Origin: Candidatus Hydrogenedentota bacterium
GTDB lineage: Bacteria; Hydrogenedentota; Hydrogenedentia; Hydrogenedentales; JAEUWI01
DNA length: 64,000 bases
Direction of reading: 5' to 3'
NCBI GenBank assembly: GCA_034669905.1
Contig: JAXMOL010000041.1
Location: 1 to 64,000 of the forward strand
Below, one piece after another: positions 18,492 through 33,100 of the stretch. Numbering within the stretch: the stretch's first letter is position 1; each line of letters opens with the position of its first letter. Below the pieces are notes generated by a model, which saw only the letters and a program-made list of their open reading frames with translations, did no database searches and was not told where the DNA came from. A program made the translations under genes and the position numbers.

Positions 18492-19076
18492 ATGCGTAGA
18501 AATACCCGGATTGGCCTTGTCTTTGGCCTGACCTTTGTCTATGCCCTCCTCCGCTATGTGGTGTTTCACGATGTGCCACTCGCCAATGTGCCCTTGTATG
18601 TGGCCAACAAGGCGATTTCCTGGAGTGGGGTCTTTCTATTCGGTATGTCGCTCGTGGCGACCGGAAAATCCGACCGGCGCCACTATGGCACCCTGGCATT
18701 CGCGGCGATTATCGCCCATCTGATTATGTCGCTCATGGTACTCAACCCCCACTATTTTTCGAAATTCTACGGCGAAAGTGGCCGTATGAACGCCATCGGC
18801 GAGTGGTCCATGCTCTTTGGCGTATGCGGTTTCTTGTTTCTGGGTGGCCTCTTCTTCCTCAATGTCGCCGGAAAACATGGTACGGGAGCCTCCTTAAAAG
18901 CGGGTTGGGGCCGCCTGGTATTGTGGCTAGCCGTCCTCCATGTGGGGGTGATGGGCTTCGCAGGATGGTTCACACCAGGCAACTGGCCGGGCTATCTCCC
19001 CCCCATCACCTTGGCTTCTGGTGTCACCGCCCTGTATTATCTCTACGTGCGTGGTCAACGTCCCTCGGGTCACTGA
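18492..19076 (+). CDS. Ferric-reductase-like transmembrane protein (STEAP/MsrQ-type haem-binding domain)
   Basis: About 6 TM helices; PLYVANKA, RRHYG...AHL, LHV and LPP motifs. Confidence 0.55.
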   Translation: MRRNTRIGLVFGLTFVYALLRYVVFHDVPLANVPLYVANKAISWSGVFLFGMSLVATGKSDRRHYGTLAFAAIIAHLIMSLMVLNPHYFSKFYGESGRMNAIGEWSMLFGVCGFLFLGGLFFLNVAGKHGTGASLKAGWGRLVLWLAVLHVGVMGFAGWFTPGNWPGYLPPITLASGVTALYYLYVRGQRPSGH

Positions 19077-19190
19077 GGAGACGATCTAACCCGGTAAGCA
19101 ACGGAACGGACGGGGGTCCGGTCACTTCTGGTGATGGTTGCAACCAACGGGAGGCAATGGTTTCATCTAACGGGAATTTCGGAGAAGTAC

Positions 19191-20657
19191 ATGTTTTACC
19201 GTCGTGCACGTGGTCTGGGCCTGCTCCTTATTGTGGTCATTATTACCGCTTATAGTGCGCATGGGGGAAAGATGGTTTTTCCCGTGGTTGATCCTCCGGT
19301 AGAAGGGCCCAATTTCACAGCCCTGGCCCCGGGCGCCTCGACCCCACCCGATACCAACGGGGCAGTCGGCCCCAATCACCTCCTGCTCGCCACCAATGGC
19401 ACGGTACGCATTCATGATCGCACCGGTGCACTGCTCAGCAGCGTGAGCCTGGCCGCCTTCTGGTCGGGCCTCGGGGTGAGCGATATGTTCGACCCCCGGA
19501 GTATCTTCGACCCCCACAACCAGCGTTTTATCATGATTACCTGTGCCCATCGACGCAGTGCCGCCTCTTCCATGCTCTTCGCCGTCAGCGCGACCGACGA
19601 TCCAACGGGAACCTGGCATCAGTGGCAATTCGACGCAGATGCCGCGAATATAGACTGGGTCGACTACGGCAACCTGGGCTTTACGGCCAATGAAATCACC
19701 TTTTCGGGCAATATGTTTACCATTGCCGCCGATAATTTCTCCGGGTCGACTTTCTGGCGCATCAACACCGCCTCGGCCCTGGATGGTGGCGCATTGACCA
19801 TGGAACAGTTCTTTTCCGCCGGCGTGGGCGGTACGGTGGTACCCGTAGCCACGTACGACGCCAGCGAAACTACCCAGTATATGGTTCGGGTAGGCTCGGC
19901 CAACATTTTCGGGGTCGGACGGATTAACGTGATGAGAATCGGGGGGAGCATCGGTTCCTCCAGTATCGTGCCCTCACCCGCCTCGGCCCTGGGAGACAGC
20001 TGGAGTGTATCCCTTCCTGATGCTCCCCAACTGGGGTCGGCGAGTCGGATCGAGACCAACGATAACCGCATTCTCTCCGCCGTGTACCAGGACGGAAGCA
20101 TCTGGGCCTGTCACACCGTCGCCTTGCCGGCCATGGCCCCCAACCACACCGCGGCAAAATGGTGGGAAATCACCCCCGCTACCGGCGACGCTGTCCAAAG
20201 CGGGGTGTTGGAAGACCCGACTGGGCAACAGTTTTACTACTTTCCTGCCCTCACCGTGAATGAAACCGGGGTCATGGGCCTGGGTTGCAGCGGTAGTGCG
20301 GCCACCGAATATGTCAGCACCTATTACGCCTGGCGCGATCCCGGGCTTCCCGATGGGCTCCTGACCGGCGTGCAGCAATATCATGCCGGGGTCGGGCCCT
20401 ATACGGGGCCGCGCTGGGGCGACTACAGCGGCGTATACCTGGATCCTGTGGATGGGGAATCCATCTGGGTGCTGCAACAATACGCCGAAACCTCGAATCA
20501 ATGGGGCATCCAGTGGGTAAAGCTGAACTTCAACGTGGTGGTGGGGCTTTCCGCGTATAGTAATGCCGCACTGGCCAGCACCCTGTTTATGCTGGTCTTC
20601 TTCGGTATCTTGCTGCTTCGCCGTCGGTTTCGTAACGCCCCTCCCCGCTCGGCCTGA
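19191..20657 (+). CDS. Secreted, C-terminally anchored protein; paralogue of the giant protein's N-terminal domain
   Basis: Signal peptide; PPDTNGAVGPNH...RWGDYS domain; C-terminal TM helix followed by RRRFR. Confidence 0.75.
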   Translation: MFYRRARGLGLLLIVVIITAYSAHGGKMVFPVVDPPVEGPNFTALAPGASTPPDTNGAVGPNHLLLATNGTVRIHDRTGALLSSVSLAAFWSGLGVSDMFDPRSIFDPHNQRFIMITCAHRRSAASSMLFAVSATDDPTGTWHQWQFDADAANIDWVDYGNLGFTANEITFSGNMFTIAADNFSGSTFWRINTASALDGGALTMEQFFSAGVGGTVVPVATYDASETTQYMVRVGSANIFGVGRINVMRIGGSIGSSSIVPSPASALGDSWSVSLPDAPQLGSASRIETNDNRILSAVYQDGSIWACHTVALPAMAPNHTAAKWWEITPATGDAVQSGVLEDPTGQQFYYFPALTVNETGVMGLGCSGSAATEYVSTYYAWRDPGLPDGLLTGVQQYHAGVGPYTGPRWGDYSGVYLDPVDGESIWVLQQYAETSNQWGIQWVKLNFNVVVGLSAYSNAALASTLFMLVFFGILLLRRRFRNAPPRSA

Positions 20658-21140
20658 TTGCTTTCCCTGAACGTCGGGGCAGCCCCCCCCCTACCCGGGG
20701 GCAAATGTCAACAGATTACTGGTACCATTCGGACCCTGTGGTAAGGTCGCCCTGAATCCGGGCACAGCGCCATGAACCAATAATAACCGATAAGTTATTT
20801 ATTAAAAACCACTTACAACATAACCAAGGGATGGGGGGTGGCCGCCCAACACGCCTTTTGCTACTACGACAGGGTAGGCTCGCAGCGGTTTCTGGTGGTT
20901 GCTGTAAATAATGCGCCACGTGTTGTGTGTTTTTAGTGTACAATGGTAGGTACTATAATTCTGAATTCAATTTAGCACGGTCGCGGACTATGTCAACGAG
21001 AATCTCGCTGTGTCCTTTACCATCCGATCACCGTATGGTAGCATTGAAGTACCGTTCCGGTGGCAGGGACACAAAGGCGGGTTGTATCACGTTGCGATGC
21101 AGCTGGTCTGCGCGTGCGCGTATTCAACAAGGACTTCTTG

Positions 21141-24100
21141 ATGAGAGTTGAGCAACGCAGCCCCTTTGCCACGGGGCATACGCGCTTCGCACTATTTGCA
21201 ATCGGTATCTTATTTATTGGGATACTGTGCCCCCGTGCGCTTGCGGCCTCGCCAGCAACCCTGTCCGCCCTGCTCTCGCAGTCCTTTTCGGGTGCAGACA
21301 AAGTTAATACGGGCAATGTCGCCCCGTCGCCCACGTCTACCTTCGTGGCGGTAAGTCCCGACAATTCCACCCCCCCGGACAGCCATGGCGCGGTGGGCCC
21401 CAATCATGTGCTCACCCAAACCAACAGCAGCTCTCGGGTCCACGATCGTGCAGGGAACTTGATCAGTTCCACCGGCATCAAGAATTTCTGGTCGGGCCTG
21501 GGTGTCTCCGACGTCTTCGATCCCAAGGTAATCTATGAGCCCTATATCGGCCGATTCGTGGCCGTGGCATGCGCCCAGCGTCGCTCCTCGGCCTCGGGCA
21601 TGCTCTTTGGCATGTCGGAAACGTCTGATCCCACGGGAAACTGGCACCTCTGGCTCTTGGATGGCGATCCGTCGAACGTCAGCTGGGTGGACTATCCGAA
21701 TATTGGCTTCATTTCCGGTCGGATCACCTTTACGGGCAATCTGTTCACGATCAACGACGACAGTTTTACGGGGTCCAATATCTGGACTATTGATACGGCG
21801 AGCGCCGCCGACGGGGGCAGCCTCAACTTCCAGCTCATGAACGTTACGAACGCGGGTGGATCGCTCAACCCGGCCATGACCTATGATGCGGCAGAGACTA
21901 CCCAATACATTATCCGGACCGGCACCGCCAATATCTTTGGCTCGGGCCGACTCCAGCTCTATACGCTGACCGGAAATATTGGTTCCCTGACCTTTGCGAC
22001 GAGCCCCAACTCCAGTCGAGGCGACGCCTGGAGCATATCGGTCCCCAACGCCAAGCAGTTGGGCACTTCCGCCCTGATCGAAACCAATGATACCCGCCTG
22101 CAGAATGCGGTGCTTCGGAACGGCACCTTGTGGGTCGTCCATACCGTATCCCTCAGCACCAGCGTCCGCGATCACGCAGCGGTGAAATGGTGGGAAATCG
22201 AAGCCGCCACCGGGCTCACCATCAACGACGGGGCCATCGAGGATGTGGATGGTGCGGGCAACTTCGACATCAATACCGGCAAACACTACTATTTCCCGTC
22301 CGTAGCTGTAAACAAGGACAATGAAATACTTATCGGCTTTTCCGGTTCCTCCGGCGAAGAGTACGTCAGCAACTATTACACCTTCCGATCCCCCTCTTAT
22401 ACGGCGGGCGAATTCGATATTCCAGTTCGCTTCCACGCGGGCGTGGGCACCTATTCGGGACCACGGTGGGGCGACTACAGCCATACGGTGGTCGACCCGG
22501 TTGACGACACGACGTTTTGGACCATTCAGGAGTTTGCCGCGGGTGGAAACCGGGGTGGCAACGCGTGGGCGCAGGTTGGTGGCGACACGGGCGGTGGCGG
22601 GGGCGATACGACGCCTCCCCAGGTCAGTGCATCTTCGGCCACCAACGAGACAACCGTCCGGGTAACCTTTAACGAGCCGATGAGCGACAACGCCAATCTG
22701 GTGAACCCTGCCTTCTACACCTTCAGCGGCGGACTCACGGCCTCGGCGGTCACCCGGGTCAACGCGACCCAGGTCAACGTCACGGTCAACGAGATGAACA
22801 ACGGCACCAGCTACACGGTGACCGTCAGCACCAGCGGGCCCACCGATACGGCGGGCAACCCCCTCAGTGGCAGCGCCAACACGTCCACCTTCACCGGTGT
22901 GGGCACCAGCCCGACCGTGACAATTACCCAGACCACCAGCAATCCCACCAACGCGAATTCGGTGGTCTACAATGTGCTGTTCAGCGAATCGGTGGGCAGT
23001 ACCTTCACGTCGGCCGATGTCACTGTAACGGGATCCCTGGCCAGCGGTGCCGCTGTCAGTGTCAGTGGCTCGGGCGCGAACTATAGCGTCACTGTAACCC
23101 CATCCAACCCCAATGCCGAAGGCACATTGGGCATTTCGATCGGCACCGGCGTCTCCGACGCTTCGGGCAACACCTTTGCAGGGGCAAGTGCGCCCACCAA
23201 TTTCTCGGTGGACAACACGGCCCCGAGCATCAGTGTCAACACCCTGCTGACCAATCTAACCAGCCCCGCCCTCACCGGTGCTGTCAACGACAGTACGGCC
23301 ACCATTTCCGTCACGATTTCCGGCCAGACCTTCACAGCCACCAACAATGGGAACGGCACCTGGACGCTTCCGGCCGGTACGCTGGCACCCCTGAGCAATG
23401 GCACCTTCAACGTGGTCGCCACCGCCACCGACCCGGCGGGCAACAGCAGCAGCGATCCCTCCAATAACGAAGTCACCGTGGACAATTCCATTCCCACAGT
23501 GACCGTAAATACACTCACGACGAATGATCGGACCCCGGCCTTAACAGGGACGGTGGATGAAAACGACGCAACGATTACCGTCACCGTCGCGGGGCAGACC
23601 CGCAGTGCCACCAATAATGGCAACGGCACCTGGACCCTCGCGGACGGCAGCCTCAGCACCCTCGCCGACGGGACCTACGACGTGGCGGTGGTGGCCACCG
23701 ATGCCATTGGCAACATGGGCATGGACGGCACCGCCAACGAATTGACCGTGGACAGCACCGCGCCCGTTGTCTCCGTCACCCCCCGTGTGACCAACGACAC
23801 GCGTCCGGCGCTGAGTGGCAACACCAGCGATCTCAGCGCGCCGATTCAGGTTTCGGTCAATGGCCAGAATCACACGGCGACCAACCTTGGCGACGGCACC
23901 TGGACCCTCGCCGACAATACGATCAATCCTGCCCTGGCTGCGGGCACCTACAACGTGACGGTCTCCTCTACCGACAGTGCCAATAACACGGGCACAGACA
24001 GCACGTCGAATGAGCTGACCATTGACGTAACGGCTCCGACGGTCACCGTAAATACCCTGACCACCAACGACACGACGCCCCCCCTGAGCGGCACCGTGAA

Positions 24101-27100
24101 TGATGCCGGCGCCACGATCAGTGTGACCGTGAGCGGCCAGACACGGACCGCCACCAACAACGGGAACGGCACCTGGACCCTCGCCAATAACAGCCTTTCG
24201 GCCCTGGCTGCGGGCACCTACAATGTGGCGGTAACGGCCACCGATGTCGCGGGTAACGCCGGATCAGATGGCACCAGCAACGAATTAATCATCGATACCA
24301 CCGCCCCCACAGTCACGGTTAATACCCTGGCCAATCCGACCAATGACAATACGCCGCCACTGAGCGGCACGGTGAATGATGCCAACGCCACGATTTCTAT
24401 TTCGGTGGGTGGGCAAACCCGAACAGCCACCAACAATGGCACCACCTGGTCCCTGGCCAATGGCGCGCTGAGTACCCTCGCCGACAACACCTACAACGTG
24501 GTAGCCACGGCAACGGATGTGGCAGGGAACGTGGGTACGGATGGCACGACCAATGAACTGACGGTGGACACGGTGGCACCCACGGTCACTGTGAACGCCC
24601 TGACGACCACCGATGCGACGCCCGCACTCACGGGTACGGTCAATGACAACACGGCGGTGATCCTCGTAACCGTGAACGGCATGAGCCGCAACGCCACCAA
24701 CAACGGCAACGGTACCTGGACCCTGGCCGACAACTCCCTGTCGACCTTGCCCGACGGCACCTACAACGTGGCCGTTACGGCCACCGATGCCGCCACCAAC
24801 AGCGGATCCGACAGCACGAGCAACGAACTGGTGGTGGATGCCACCGTACCGGTGATTACCCTCACTCCCCGGACGACCAACGACAATCGCCCTGCCCTGA
24901 GCGGAACGGTGGACGACGCCACGGCAACGGTCACGATTGCGGTCAACGGTCAGAATCACACCGCCACCAACAACGGCAACGGCACCTGGACCCTGGCCGA
25001 CAATACCATTAACCCCGCACTGCCGGACAATACCTACAGTGTCACGGCGACGGCCACCGATGCTGCGGGCAATGCCGGCGTCGATGGCACGAGCAACGAG
25101 CTGACCATTGATACGCAGACGCCGACGGTCACGGTAAATACCCGTACCACCAATGACACCACCCCCGCGCTTACCGGAACGGTGGACGACAACAGTGCCA
25201 CCATCACGGTGGTGGTAGCGGGTCAAAACCGTACGGCCACGAACAACGCCAACGGCACCTGGACCCTGGCAGACGGATCGCTGAACGTCCTGGCGCAAGG
25301 GACCTATAACGTGGCGGCCACGGCGACGGATGCCGCGGGCAACGCGGGTAACGATGGGACTTCCAACGAACTCACCATCGATACGACGGCGCCCACCATT
25401 ACGGTATCGACCCTGCTTACCAACGACACGACCCCGGCCCTGTCTGGTACGGTGAATGACAGCACGGCCACCATCTCGGTGACGGTCTCGGGCCAGACCC
25501 GAAGCGCCACCAACAATGGTGACAACACCTGGACCCTGGCCGACAACAGCCTCACCGCCCTGGGCCAAGGTGTCTTCAGTGTAACGGCGCGGGCCACCGA
25601 TGCCGCCGGCAACCAGGGCACCGATGGCTCGGCCAATGAGTTGACCATCGACAGCGTCACCCCGACGGTCACCGTCAATTCCCTGACCACGACCGACGCC
25701 ACCCCGGCGCTCACGGGTACCGTCAGCGAGACCGGGGCTGCCGTCCGGATTTCCGTCGGCGGACAAAGCAATCTCGTCGCCACAAACAATGGCAACGGCA
25801 CTTGGACCTTGCCCGACAACACCATTAACCCGGCCCTCGCCGATGGGACCTTCGACGTGTCCGCGACGGCGACCGACGCGGCGGGTAACGCGGGCACCGA
25901 CAGCACCACCAACGAACTGACGGTGGATAATACGGCCCCGGTGGTTTCCGTCAACACCTTGAGCACCAACGATAGCAGTCCTCAATTGACCGGTACAGTC
26001 AATGACAGCAGCGCCACCATTCGTGTGGATGTGGATGGACAGACCGATCTGGCGGCCACCAACAATGGCAACGGCACCTGGACCCTTCCAGACAATGCGA
26101 TCAACCCGGCCCTGGCCACCGGCACCTATGACGTCACGGTCCGGGCCACTGACGGTCAGGGCAATGTGGGCACGGATGGCACGTCGAATGAATTGACGAT
26201 CGACACCACTCCGCCGATCATCATGATCACGACTCTGCTGACCAACGACACCCGCCCGGCACTCAGCGGCTCGGTCGATGACAACGGCGCAAGCATCGTC
26301 GTCGCCGTCGCAGGCCAGAACCGCAATGCCACGAATAACGGCGACGGCACGTGGACCCTGGCGGACAACACCATTAACCCCGCACTGGCTCAAGGCACCT
26401 ACAATGTGGCGGTAACCGCTACCGATGCGGCGGGCAACAGTGCCACCGACAGCACCAATGCCGAGCTGACCATCGACACCACCGCGCCGACGGTGACGGT
26501 GAACAGCCGGGTCACGACCGACACGCGTCCCGCACTGAGCGGCACGGTCAACGACACCAACGCGGCCATCCGCGTTTCTGTGGGTGGACAGACAAACCTC
26601 GTGGCCACCAACAACGGCAACGGCACCTGGACCCTCGCCGACGATACGATCAATCCGGCGCTTGGCGATAACACCTATAATGTAGTGGTCACCGCGACGG
26701 ATGCCGCAGGCAACGTGGGTACGGATGGCACGTCCGGTGAACTGACGGTCGACACGACCGCCCCGGTTGTAACGGTTGCCACCCTCGCCACCAACGACAA
26801 CCGCCCGGCGCTCACGGGCACCGTCAACGACAACAGTGCGACCATTACCGTCGTGGTGAGTGGCCAGAGCAACACCGCCACCAACAATGGCAATGGCACC
26901 TGGACCCTGGCCGACAACACGTTGACCACCCTGCCCGACGGCACCTTTGAGGTCGCGGTTTCCGCACGGGACACCGCGGGCAATACGGGTACGGATGGCA
27001 CCAACAACGAATTAACCATCGACACGACCGCCCCGACCATCTCGGTTAACAACCGATCCACCAACGATAGTACGCCCTCGTTGTCGGGCGCCGTAAACGA

Positions 27101-30100
27101 TGCCAGTGCCACCATCTCGATTCAGGTCGGTGGCAACACCTATCCCGCCACCAACAACGGCGCGACCTGGACCCTGGCGGACAACACCATCAGCCCCGCA
27201 CTGGCTCCCGGTACCTACAACGTGATCGCCACGGCCACGGACACCATCGGCAATGCAGGCACCGACGCCACCAACAACGAGCTGGTGATCGACACGGCAG
27301 CCCCCACGATTACCGTGAACAGCCTGACCACCAACGACACCACGCCCCCGCTTTCCGGTACCGTCGATGACAGTAGTGCCACCGTCCGCGTTACGGTGGG
27401 CCCCAACACCTACACGGCCACCAACAATGGTACGACCTGGACGTTGAATAACAATGTCATCTCCCCCGCGCTTGCACCGGGGACCTATGATGTGGCCGTC
27501 ACGGCTACCGATACGGTCAACAACGTCGGGTCCGATGGCAGCAGCGATGAACTAATCATTGATACGACGGACCCGATCATCACCGTCGATAGCCTCACCA
27601 CCAACGATACGACCCCCGAACTGACGGGCAACGTGGACGACCTGACGGCGACGGTCACCATCAGCGTGGGTAGCCAGAGCCACCCCGCCACGAACAACGG
27701 CGACGGCACCTGGACCCTCACCGACGGCACCATTTCCCCCACCTTGTCGGCAGGCACCTATGATGTCACCGCCACGGCGACCGATAGCGCTGGCAATACC
27801 GGAATGGATGAAAGCTCGGGCGAGTTGATTGTCGACACGACGGCACCGGTGGTCACGGTGAACACCCTCACCACGACCGATAATCGTCCGGCCCTCTCCG
27901 GCACGGTGGATGATACCAACGCCACCATCTCGGTGACGGTTGGTGCCCAGACCCACGCCGCCACCAACAACGGCAACGGCACCTGGACCCTCGCCGATAA
28001 CACCATTGATCCCGGCCTCAGCGACGGTACCTACAATGTGGCCGTGAGCGCCACGGACTCGGCCACCAATGTGGGCACCGACGCAACGTCCAACGAACTC
28101 ACCATCGATACCCAGGCGCCGACCATCACGGTCAACACCCTGGTTACAAACGATACGACACCGGCCCTTACGGGTAACGTAGACGACAACGCGGCGACCG
28201 TCCGCATCGTGGTCAGTGGCCAGACCCACACGGCCACGAACAATGCCAACGGCACCTGGACCCTCGTCGACAACACGATCACGGCCCTGCCCGACAACAC
28301 CTACAACGTGGCCGCCACGGCTACCGACGCAGCGGGCAACAGTGCCAGCGACGCCACCACCAATGAGTTAACAATTGATACCACAGGGCCGATGATAACC
28401 GTCGACTCGCTGGCCACCAACGACAACCGTCCGGAACTCACCGGCACCATCAATGATGCCACGGCCACGATTACGCTGGACGTCGGCGGACAAAACGGGC
28501 TGGTCGTCACCAACAATGGAAACGGCACCTGGACGCTTGCCGACGACACCATCAACCCCGACCTGACCGACAACACCTACAACGTGGCGGTGACAGCGAC
28601 GGACAGTGTGGGCAATGTGGGCATGGACAGCAGCACCAACGAACTCCGCATCGACACGACGTTGAATGTAACCGTCAACGCCCTCACAACCAGCGATTCC
28701 ACGCCCGCATTGAACGGCACCGTAGATGACGCCACGGCGACGATTGCCCTGACGGTAGGTGGCCAGAATCACACCGCCTCCAACAACGGCAACGGCACCT
28801 GGACCCTCGCCGACAACACGATCTCGCCGGTGCTCACGGATGGCACCTATGAAGTCGTCGTCACCGCGACCGACAGCCTGGGTAATGTGGCCAATGATGC
28901 CACCAGCAACGAACTGGTCGTCGACGGCTCCGTGCCCACGGTCACCATTAACAGCCTCGTCACCGCAGACACCCGTCCGGAACTCACGGGTACGGTCAGC
29001 ACACCGGCGGCCACGATCCTGGTGGACGTGGGTGGTCAGACCAATCTCGCGGCCACCAACAATGGCAACGGCACCTGGACCTTGCCCGACGACACGATAA
29101 GCCCCGACCTGACCGACGGCACCTATGACGTGTCGGTACGGGCCACCACGAGTGGCACGGGTACGGACAGCACGGCCAACGAGTTAATCATCGATACCAC
29201 GAATCCGACGGTGACGGTCAACACCCTGACCACCAACGATCAGCGCCCGGCACTGAGTGGCACCATTGATGAGCCCGGCGCGACCATTACCGTGGATGTG
29301 AATGGACAAACCGGCCTCGTCGCCGTCAACAATGGTAATGGCACCTGGACCCTCGTCGATGACACGATTAGTTCCGACTTGGCCGCCAACACCTATGATG
29401 TATCCGTCACCGCGACAGATGCCGCAGGCAACGTGGGGAACGACGCCACCAACAACGAGTTGATCATCGATCTGACGGCACCCACCGTCGCGGTAGACAC
29501 GTTGCTTACCCGGGACAACACGCCGGCATTGGGTGGCTCGATCAGCGACAACAACGCCACCATCTCGGTCAATGTGGATGGTCAAATCCGCACGGCGGTC
29601 AATAATTCCAACGGCACGTGGACCCTCGCCGACAATCAGCTCAGCCCCCTCGCCGACAGCACCTTCGATGTGTCCGTCACGGCCACCGATACCGCCGGCA
29701 ACATGGGCACCGACGTCACCAGCGACGAGCTAACCGTGGATACGATTGCCCCCACGATCGCGGTAAACACCCTGGTAACCTCCAACAACCAACCCCAACT
29801 CACCGGTACCATTAACGACAACACGGCCACCATCACCATCAGTGTGGGTGGACAGAGCGGGCTGGTCGCCACCAATAACGGCAATGGCACCTGGACCCTC
29901 GCCGCAGGCACCATCGCCCCGGCCCTGGCCGACAACCTGTACAACGTGACAGCGGTTGCCACCGATGGGGCCGGTAATACCGCCTCTGACGGTGGTAGCA
30001 ACGAGTTGCGTATCGACACAACGGCACCCACCGTGACCGTCAATACCCTGAGTACCACAGACCGCCGTCCCCCGCTCTCTGGCAGCGTGAACGACACGAC

Positions 30101-33100
30101 TGCGACCGTCACCGTCAGCGTGGGTGGTCAGACGGGCCTCGCGGCCACCAACAATGGTAATGGCACGTGGACCCTGGCGGACAACACCATCAATCCCAAC
30201 CTGGCCGACAACACCTATGACGTGAGTGTTACGGCCACCGACGCGTTGGGCAATGTCGGAACCGATGGCACGACCAACGAACTCACCATCGATGCCACGG
30301 CACCGACGGTCAGTATTAATCCCCTCACGACCAACGATAACCGTCCCGAGCTCACCGGGAGTATCAACGACAACACCGCCACGATTCGTGTCCGTGTCAA
30401 TGGTCAGACGCGTACGGCCACCAACAATGCCAATAGCACCTGGACGCTCGCCGACGATACCATCACCCCGGCACTTTCCGACGGCACCTATGATGTCATT
30501 GTCTTCGGTATCGACACCCTCGGTAATACGTCGACCGACAGCAGCGTCAACGAACTGCGTATTGATACGGTGACCCCCACGGTGACGGTAAACACGCTCA
30601 CCACCAACGACCAACGTCCACCCCTGAGTGGCACCGTCGATGACCCAACCGCGACCATTACCGTGGATGTGGGTGCACAGACGGGGCTTTCCGCCACCAA
30701 CAATGGCAACGGTACCTGGACCCTGGCCAACGACACCATTGGTTCCGATCTGCCCGAAAACATCTACGATGTCGTGGTGACCGCCACCGACAGTGCGGGC
30801 AATGCAGGTAGTGACGGGACGACCAACGAACTCGACATCGACCTGAGTGCACCTAACATTACGGTCACATCCCAGAATACCAATGACACGACGCCAGCAA
30901 TCTCCGGCTCGGTAAGTGACAACAACGCCACCATCGAAGTGGACGTGGCCGGTCAGAATAATTTGACGGCCACCAACAATGGCGATGGCACGTGGACCCT
31001 GCCCGACAACACCATTACGCCTCTCGCCGCCAACACCTACAGCGTGGTGGCCCGCGCGACCGATGCGGCGGGTAATGTCGGCACTGACGCCACCAACAAT
31101 GAGTTGACCATCGACACAGGTGCCCCCACGGTCACGGTCACCCCCCTCACGACGGCTGACAACACCCCGGCACTCTCGGGTACGGTAGACGATGCCGCAG
31201 CCACCATTTCCGTCATGGTGGGCGGCCAGACCCATACCGCTACCAATAACGGGGCCACGTGGACCCTCGCGGATAACACGATCTCGCCGTCCCTGAATGA
31301 TGGGACCTACAATGTGGAGGTAACGGCCACCGATACCTTCGGCAATGCCGGCACCGACGGGACGTCCGGCGAATTGGAGATCGACACCACGCCGCCCGTG
31401 GTAACGGTCAGCAGCCTCACCACCGCCGACACCCGCCCCCAATTGACGGGTACGGTGAATGACAGTGCCGCGACCATCCTCATTGACGTCGGTGGGCAAA
31501 CCGGCCTGGCGGCCACCAACAACGGTAACGGCACCTGGACCCTGGCCGACAATACCATTGCTCCGGCCCTGACCGACAACACCTACGACGTAGTCGCCAC
31601 CGCGACGGATGCGCTGGGCAATAGCGACACGGATGCCACCACCAACGAACTCGTCATCCTGACCGCCACGCCTGTCATAGCCATCGACACCCTGGTGACC
31701 AACGATACGCAACCGCCGCTTACGGGCACGGTAGACGATACGACGGCCACCATTTCGGTCCTGCTCGCCTCCCAGACCTACACGGCCACCAACAATGGCG
31801 ATGGCACCTGGACCCTGGCCGACGACACGATCAGTCCGGCACTGGCCCAGGGCGCCTACAACGTTACCGCCTCGGCCACCAATGCGGCCGGCACGGTGGG
31901 CGCGGACAGCTCGAACAATGAACTTACCATCGATCTGACGGCACCCACCATCACGGTCACCACCCGCTTCACGCAGGACACGACCCCGAGCCTGAGCGGC
32001 ACGACCAACGACAACAATGCCACCATTACCATCGACGTGGATGGCCAGACCGGCCTGACCGCCACCAACAATGGCAACGGTACCTGGACCCTCGCGGACA
32101 ACACGATTACGGCGCTCGCGCAGGGCTCCTATAATGTGACCGCCCGTGCGACCGATGTGGCGGGCAACGTGGGTACCGACAGCACGACGCCGGACCTGCA
32201 CATTGACACCACGGCCCCGACGGTTACCGTGACCGCCATTTCGACCACCGACAATACACCGGGACTCTCGGGTACGCTGTCTGACAATATCGCCGCCAGC
32301 GCCCTGACCGTTTCCGTCAATGTCGATGGCCAGGTTAATACGGCATTCCGCATCGGTAATTCCTGGTTCCTCAGCAATGGCGCGTTGACCACCCTGGCCG
32401 ATGGCCCCCATGACGTCCAGGTGACCGTCACCGACTCGGCGGGCAATGTGGGCAACGACGGCACGACGAACGAACTGATTATCGACACGACGGCCCCCAT
32501 GGTCACGGTCGACCCCCTGCAGACGGTAGACAACACGCCGGCCCTGACGGGTACCGTGGACGATACGACTGCCACCATTACGGTGGATGTAGGCACCCAA
32601 ACAGGACTGACCGCCACCAACAATGGCGACAGCACCTGGACCCTGGCCGATAACACCCTGAGCACCCTGCTAGACGGTACCTATAATGTAAGCGTCACAG
32701 CGACCGACACACTGGGGAACAACGGCAGCGATGGAACGACCGATGAATTGACCATCGATGCCACCGCACCGGTCGCAACCGTCGATACCCTTATCACCAA
32801 CGACAGCACGCCGCCCCTCTCCGGTACGGTCGATGATACGGCAGCCACCATTGCGGTCTCCGTGGCGGGTAATACCTTCCCGGCTACCAACAACGGCGAC
32901 GGCACCTGGACCCTGGCAGACGACACCATCACGCCAGCGCTTGCCACCAACACCTACAACGTCGCAGTGACCGCCACAGATACCCTGGGCAATGTGGGCA
33001 CCGACAGCACCTCCGGTGAATTGGAAGTGGACCTGGTATCGCCGATCATTACGGTGAACAATTTCTCAACCAACGACACCACGCCCCCCCTCACCGGCAC

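Noticed and set aside
20660..21140. Riboswitch (e.g. c-di-GMP) upstream of the giant gene
   Set aside because: No recognisable aptamer consensus by eye; an Rfam/Infernal search would be needed.
19191..22575. Diversity-generating retroelement template/variable pair
   Set aside because: Differences between the paralogues are spread across all bases over ~1.2 kb, and no reverse transcriptase is present.
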